DNA from: the human T2T-CHM13v2.0 reference genome, Homo sapiens
DNA length: 64,000 nt
NCBI RefSeq assembly: GCF_009914755.1
Contig: NC_060930.1
Strand: one strand, 5' to 3'
Shown in pieces: positions 54,246 to 64,000 of the stretch. The notes under the pieces are model-generated. The model did not search any database, was not told where the DNA came from, and was given only the letters and a program-made list of their open reading frames with translations. Position 1 is the first letter of the stretch. Each line of letters starts with the position of its first letter. The position numbers and the translations under genes were made by a program.

Positions 54246-55669
54246 GTCATTTAATAGCCAAAGGCCAATGTAACATTGTCCTTTGGCATTATATTGTATA
54301 AAAATTAAAGAAGCTTGATGATTTTGTCCTTTGGATAATGATTTGTACAAAATTAAAATGCAGAGGAACCTTTTGCAATTGTTTAGACAGGAAATAAGAT
54401 TAGTATAACATTTGATGGAGAAAATCAACATATCTTCTGGGAGGATAACAGATGGTGTGCCATTTAGAACATCAGTTTCTTTATTAAATTAAAGTCTACA
54501 AAACACAGATTGTACTCACTTTAAGGTAAGACCTATTTGAAAAGTCTCAGAGGTTAGATGTGACGTTGGTTGGTACATCCATCATGGGTTTATGAGTCAT
54601 ACAGTCCTCAGTAGTAGTTACAATTGATTTAAAAGAGAAAGGCATTGACTAGGCTTTAGCAGTTGACTAATCTTTTATTTCAAGTCTTAAGTAGTGAAGT
54701 TCTTTTGTGAGTCAGAGACTGTGATGTGAAAAGTTTCAGCACTGAGTGTTCTGTGTAAACCAGGGATCACTTGACATTTGGTTTCCTATATCTACAAAAC
54801 AAAGGAGGGCAATTGTGCCCATGAAAAAGAAAGGTATTCTCCTCTCCTTCTTTTTTTCTTCTTTTAACAAGCCTTTTGTAGTGAAGAGAACTGTTAACTT
54901 TTAATATAAGCTTGGAAAAAGAATTGCGGGCATTTTATGGTTTGATATAGAGGTTATGTGAGATATGATGGCCCTTCCTGAATTAAGAAATAAAACAATG
55001 ATAAAGCTGTGAGAATGATTTTCTTAGATGATGTTTTGAACCTAAAAAGTTCAAGGTAAGTATGAGAAAGCAGTACATTTTGCTTGTGTTGTATGGAGAA
55101 TAAGGAATTAGATGATAACTACACAGGAGTCTCCAGATTCTTGAAAATGTGAAACTGGTTGAATTTTGGTGTAAGTCTAGAAAGAGCACAAAATTATTGA
55201 TTACTAAGATGCTTCTTTAAGATCATATAGGTCTTATGAGTCCTTTATTATTCTGAGATATATTTTATCCATCAAACATGATTTATGAACTCTCAGGAGA
55301 GCAATTATCTCTTCATGGATCACATGCTTATGAAATACTATGTACAATCCTGACATTATAATAAAAAGAATAATTCTAGGAGAAAACAGTTTTATAGAAG
55401 ATTCCCAGTACAAAATGGATATTATTTTTTCAAGTCATAGGAAAGAAAAACATCTTGTTTAAAATCATGTGAACAATTATCCTTTTGCAGGCTCATGAAC
55501 AGGTGGAAAAAATGCTTTGCCATTCAATTTTATAATAGCAATTTAAAAATCAAAGATGTTCTTTTAAAATTATAAAAACCAGCTGAGATCTTCCTCAGAG
55601 AATCAAATATAGAGAGCCTTATATTTCACTTTACAAAGAAAATACATGAAGTATATATGCCCCTGATTT

Positions 55670-56000
55670 CCTGCCCATCTTCACATCTGCAGATTACAGA
55701 TAATTGCTTCTTGCTGGAGTGAATAAGGTGTCCTCCTCCCCTAGGCTTAGCCTATTTGCCATGCTTTGGATTTGATCCTCTCTTTTTCCTGAGACACCTG
55801 GCTCCATCACTAATGCCTTCTCTTTTCTACCTTTTAGCTTTCTCTTCCTATTGGTTCTTTCCCTCTGCATATAAATATGTTAAGTCTTTCTCATTATAAA
55901 TGAAGCAAAGACACAAACACCCTGAGATTTTATCTTCACCTTTCACTGTCCTGTTTTCTGCTACTCTTTAATATTCTAGCTTCATTTTGAAGAATATTCA
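55670..56000 (+). mobile_element. L2 internal fragment
   Basis: aggtgtcctcctcccctaggctta...tgctttggatttgatcctctc...ttggttctttccctctgcatataaatatg. Confidence 0.6.
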
Positions 56001-56009
56001 TTTTTTTAA

Positions 56010-58800
56010 ATAACAAGATTAACATATTTCCATTGTTAGCTATTTAAATTATACAAATAAATAAAAAATCAGAAAGTCAAAATTAATCAAATGCCTATCA
56101 TCTAAAATGAACCAAGGTTAATATATTGTTATGCATAAGGGCATATTATAACTACTTCTGAAGCATTTTGTCATCAAATACCTTCTATAGAATAATTTTA
56201 AAATGGCTAAATATATAGTATTTTATTAAGTATATCTACCATAGTTTCTGTAAAAAGTCTTTTACCATTGTATACTTAGAAAATTTTGAATCATTGTGTT
56301 CTTATAAATAAAGAAGTGAACATCCTTGCAGCTAAATCAGTGACATTTTCCTTAAGTTTCCATCCCGTAAGTAGAATTAGTGCTTTCAAGTGTGTGATAT
56401 TTTTAAAGCTTGATAGATTTAAAAAAAGGACTTCAATAAAGTTTGTGTCGATTTATTTTTCTATTCAGCTGTGCTCTTTCTTACACCTCAATACATTTGA
56501 TTCATAAAGATTCTATCTCATTGTTTTAATTAACCTTTCCCTTTTCCTGTTTTTGAACATTTTCTTACATTTAGCGGTTATTTGCATTTATTATTTATGA
56601 ATATTATCTACTTATGTTCTTTGCCAGTTTTTCTACTGGAGTTGTGTTTTCAGTAGCTAGTTTTTTTATTGAATATATTATTTTCTTGTAAAATGTATTA
56701 TATTTAATATACTTTCATATATTTTCATATTTGTCTTTCGTTATATTTGATGCATAGATGTTTTTCAAATATTGAAGCTACATTTAGTAATATTGCCTTT
56801 ATTTTTACTGCTTGTGTTTTCAAACTTAGAAAGGCCTTAGCACTTTCATACAATTGTTTTTTAAAGTAAAATTTTATTAAAGAATGATCTATGTAAAGTG
56901 CACACATGATACAAGTAAAGTTCTAGTAATAAGTATCCAAGCACTCAGATTAAGAAACAGATCATCACCAGCATCCCAAAAGCACATCATACTCTCTTCT
57001 TACTGCTATTCCCACCACTAACATTTTTTGAACTTTTTGAACAATGAAATCATGCAGCAGTATACTTTTGTGTCTGGCTTCTTTCACTCAATCATTTGTT
57101 TGTGAGATTCATCTCATGTTATTGCATGTAGTTCTTTATTGATGCAGGTCTTCCATGTTGTTATAAATATTCTTGCACATATGCTTTGATGAACTTATGT
57201 ACAGATTTATGTTTATCAGCTATCCCAGAGTGAAATTTCTGTGTCACAGAGTTTGTATATTTTCAGTGGTAGAAGATTCAGACACTCAATTTTCAATGTT
57301 GATTGAGCCAGTTTGTCTTTTTCATTTTAGCCATGCTGGTGTATATAAAATTGTTTCAAATTGTGGTTTAAATTTTCATTTTCCATAATACCATGAAATT
57401 GATCACTTTTTTATGTACATTGTCCATTTCAACTTATCTTTTGGGGAATGCTTGTTCAAATTTTCTACCCATATTTCTGTTGGTTTGACTGCCATTTTCT
57501 TTTTTTGTAGATTCTTTAAAAGAGAAGTCTTTTCTGTCTCTCCCTCTCTCACACACACACACGTGAAACTACTAAATGTGTGTATATATGTGTGAATCCA
57601 CTAATTCTACTTATAGGATATAAAGAAAATGTCATATATATATGTGTGTGTATATATATGTGTGTGTGTGTTTTGTCATTTGTTTATGGCACACATATAC
57701 ACGTGTGTGTGTCTGTTGAGTGTGTGTCTTGTGTGTGTCTCTGATTAGGAAGTTCTTAATTTTAAGAAAGTCTAATATGTCACATTTTTACCTTTATAAG
57801 CATCACTTTTTGTTTTCTTTTAAAACATCTTCTCTTAGCTTTTTTTTGAACTTTATTTTTTAATGTCACATTTCAATGTATGATTGAAATAATTTCTATA
57901 TAATTATCTACTTAATCCAGAAATATTTATTGAAAATACAATCCTTTTTTATTAGAACTGCAGTATTATCACTTTAATATTGTTGTCTATATAGATGGAA
58001 AACTATGGATTCTGTGTTCTACTTATCTATTTTTCTCTATTAATTTTTCATCAGATACTATTTCATTATTTGTTTAGTCTTTGTCCTAGAATTCAAAATG
58101 CATTCTTGAATTACTATGTTCAGTTATTTCTGAACATAGTATTTCTCCAAATACTGCTAAAACATTAAAATCCTTTAATTCTATTTATGCATTTTTTGCT
58201 TTTTTAATTATACTTACCATACACTTTAATTCTAAACATAAACTTCATCAGTCATTCCTATTCTTTCTTTTTATAGTCCAAATTTATTGATTTTCACCCA
58301 TGTGTTTGTATTTTCTCTTATACTTCACATGTTGAAGCAATGTAGTGGCTTCCTCTGTAATCAATAACCTGCCTATAGAACTTGATTTAGTTAGTATTTG
58401 TTTTAGTGGAGGCTTGTTGGTGATAAATCCTTTCAATTTTGGTATTTTCATTGATATAGTCAAACATATTTGGCAAAACACATTTGTATCTCTTCTCTAT
58501 ATGTTATGAAATGAAAATAAATACTAAAGAAGAGTGGATATTGTAGACATTTTATCTTTTTCCTGACCTTAATGGAACTTCCTCCTCTTATATATAAAAT
58601 TTACTGTTCATTCGTGATTTTTATCTTAATAAAGTCTCATTATTTTATTGTTTTCCAAAAAAGTATTTTTAAATAAAAATAATTATCAATTGCATTTATA
58701 CTATCTAGTATGGTGAATCTACTTTTTTCTTCTTGGAACAATTACTAAGTTGGATGATAGTAAGATTTTCCGAATTTTTAAATAGAATTAAAAAGTTCTT
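56010..58800 (-). mobile_element. Cluster of ancient L1M/HAL1 fragments, with CA/TG microsatellites at 57530-57740
   Basis: T-rich antisense L1 motifs (tgtgtctggcttctttcactca, ttcattttagccatgctggt, ttttcctgaccttaatggaa). Confidence 0.7.
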
Positions 58801-59534
58801 TCTCCTCAATAGTTTGTAACACCAATCTAACTTTATTTGGAAACCAATTCTTTACTAGATTTTTTTCATCTCCTTCCACATACAAGGGGTAATAAGCTAT
58901 TCATGATTTATCTCTTTTCTTTAGTTAACATTGTTGGGTGGTTATATTTTGTCTTAAAAGGTTGCATTATCTGGATGTTTTTATTACAAAATTTTAAACT
59001 CTGGCTTGGATTAATAAAATATAGCTATTTATTTTTTAATTTAAGGTGGAAAATGGGTTATCCTAAGGAAATAAAAAGATTTCTTTAAACATTCAAACTT
59101 GTGATAAATATGTAAACTTAAAGTCGAATTTGAATTATTATTTTAAAGATTGATAAAGAATAAGAAAGTTTCAATTCAGTATCATCAAATATTGATTCAA
59201 TATTATAACTGGGTAAAATATTGATCCAATATTATAAAATATGATCTTTATTGCATACTTTTATTACATAGAAACTACCATTTTGAACGAAAAAAGTAGA
59301 AGATTCAGTTTTTTGTTTTATTTGCCAGCAAGAAACCACTTAAGGCTTGCATTTCTATAATTTTCTCTTTATTTCTACTTAACTTTACAAGTACCTTACA
59401 ATTAGTTAACTATTTTTCTGTTTCATATATAAGATCTTACATTTTTAGTTACGTCTTATTAAGTCATCTTATCTCACATTTTAGGAAGTTTTGTATATTT
59501 TGCCTGACTGAAATTTTGCAGAAAACTACTAGTT

Positions 59535-59900
59535 TGTAGTGGAACAGGCAAGGGTTTTGAAGTCAGGCATGAGCAGATTCTACTAGTGGCTCTATCACTT
59601 GATAGCTATGTGATCTTTGACCAGAGGGGTAATTCCTGTAAAATAATGCTATTTTGGATGGCTTTGAAGGTTCATTGTGACCTCAAATACTTGTTGAGTG
59701 CTTACTCTGTGACAGCCACTCTAAATGTTTTGTACATGCTAACATTTATTCTTTATTGCAATTCTATGCAGTAACCTCCCTTGTCATTCTTCTTTCAGAG
59801 ATGAGGCAGCTCAGACTGAGGTTTTAAGCAACTGCCCAAAATTATACAGATAGCAATTGGCAAATCCAGAATGTTAAACCCGGTCTAGCTCCAAATAAAT
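59535..59900. mobile_element. Two MIR fragments in opposite orientation
   Basis: Sense tgaagtcaggc...agctatgtgatctttga; antisense ttgagtgcttactctgtg...cagagatgaggcagctcagactgaggt. Confidence 0.7.
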
Positions 59901-60881
59901 GTTATATATAAGGGTAGAGAGTAAAGAAGAATACCACTGTTCTTCTCCACATACACAGAAGGAATCTAGGTTAGTTCTTTACACCCATTAGACACATATA
60001 ATTATTATCCTTTTGCTTAACATAAGTCACCAAAGACTTCAAATATATTGAGTGCCATTTCACAAGTTGATTGTTTTAGTAAGTACACCCTTAAATTGGT
60101 TAAAATCCAGAATAAGAGAAATATTTCAAATGAATATGGTATCAAATAATATTTTTTATCTTGTTCCTGAATGTAAATTTGCCTCACCCCTCTAGTCTAT
60201 TCTGAGTCCTAATTCCTCATAGTTAGAGGAATTGTTACAACATTACGACTTCTTACTAATTTATAATAGGTAGTTTGCTAATAGTATAGTCACCTGACAT
60301 TCATGTGTCAAAATATCTTTGATGAGGTATGAATTGCTAGATGTGGAATAGCTTATTCAAGAAAGTTTAATTTATGAATGACTGTACGGGGAGTACATGG
60401 TGTGAAATTTGAAAGGAAGAAAGATAAATGTTCTGCGTTTTTAAAGTACTTGTTTCCTAAGGACAGAGGTTGGAGGGGATTAGGAATCAGATGCTCCACC
60501 TTTTATTTCATTATTCAAACCAACAATGATTCTTTTGGAGGCAAAGGCCTCAGTTGGGTCACTCCCAGCTAACGAGAGAGCAATGATATAAGAGAGAAGG
60601 AAGGTTGTGACAAGAGTGAGGGAACTGGAATGAGACAGAGCTGGTGGAAGGTCACAAATTGAAGGGACATATTTTAAAATTATACTCTATGGCCAAAATT
60701 ATATACTAGTTTTATTCATTGATTAAAGGAGTTGCATTGTTTTGGAGAGGCATCCTTCATAAATGTCAAGTGTCTTCTTAAAAGGGACTTAGAATAAAGC
60801 AACTAGCAAAATGCTAACTCTCTTTTCTCGCAAGTAAGATGCTGAAATTTGCAAATAATTTGGGCTTTTAACACAATAAAT

Positions 60882-61170
60882 GCACGGTGGCTCACTCCTG
60901 TAAATCCCAACAATTTGGGAGGCCAAGGCAGGCAGATGGCTTGAGCCCAGGAGTTTGAGACTAGCCTGGGCAATATAGTGAAACCCCGACTATACAAAAA
61001 ATACAAAAATTAGCTGGAAATGATGGCACACGCCTGTAGTCTCAACTACTGGGGAGGCTGAGGTGAGAGGATCACCTGAGCCCAAGGAGGTCAAGGCTGC
61101 AGTGGGCTGTGATCGCTCCTCTGCACTCCAGCCTGGGCAAGTGAGTGACTGTCTTAAAAAAGAAAAAAAA
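60882..61170 (+). mobile_element. AluJ (Jb-like)
   Basis: cttgagcccaggagtttgagac..gaggatcacctgagccc..ggtcaaggctgcagtg; A tail. Confidence 0.93.
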
Positions 61171-61496
61171 TTGTTTAAAAGAATTTTGATTTCTGAATGG
61201 AGACGGAATTTAACACATTTTTTTCAATGCTTAATTTTATAGTATATATCAATGAAGAGGATTGATTATTCTGGAACTGTTTACAAATTTTGGGGGGGAT
61301 AAATTTCAGTACTTAAGTCAAGACCTCTCTATACCTAGGCCCTAAAATAAGTAATAACTAAAGAAAAAAAGTCCAAATCATATTTGTATCATGTTAAATT
61401 TTGGCAGCAATACTAAGGCAATTTTACCAGTATGGCTGTGGCTAAAAGAGAATATCCCAAAGTTCATAAAGTAAGCACACACCCCATGTACTTAAA

Positions 61497-61540
61497 TCTC
61501 TCCCTCTCTCTCTCTCTTTCTCTCTCTCACACACACACAC
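61497..61540. repeat. (CT)n(CA)n microsatellite ~115 nt upstream of the exon
   Basis: Read directly from the sequence. Confidence 0.9.
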
Positions 61541-61632
61541 GCAAATGCACTTGCACATATATAAAAGTACAGAAAACTTCTGATATTTTCTTTATCTTGT
61601 GAAAATTATGTTTATTCTTGTAAAATTTATGA

Positions 61633-64000
<2,368 letters not shown>

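Noticed and set aside
59187-59237. Spaced palindromic repeats resembling a CRISPR array
   Set aside because: Only two copies, a 7-nt spacer, primate intronic context and no cas genes.

Overview
Primate (most likely human) genomic DNA that is AT-rich and CpG-poor. The window is almost all intronic sequence of GRIK2 (kainate receptor GluK2/GluR6) on the + strand. It holds about 61.6 kb of the large intron after the signal-peptide exon, one 168-nt coding exon (61655-61822, N-terminal domain residues ~G39-A95) and about 2.2 kb of the next intron. The rest is a typical mammalian repeat landscape: Alu (J, S, FAM), L1 (PA, MA, ME, HAL1), L2, L3/CR1, MIR, ERVL/MaLR LTRs, Tigger2a, MER58A and microsatellites. 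I found no prokaryote-type system (CRISPR, operon) and no credible new gene; the other ORFs look like repeat-derived or chance frames. The best leads are: two long near-perfect non-TE fold-back hairpins (13980-14148, 24615-24698); a (TG)14-AG ... AAG|GTAAGT candidate TDP-43-type poison exon (52462-52556); several local templated-duplication scars; two twin-primed inverted L1 insertions; and an inverted L1PA16-like pair. Repeat subfamily names were recognised by eye from remembered consensus sequences, and boundaries of the old elements are approximate.
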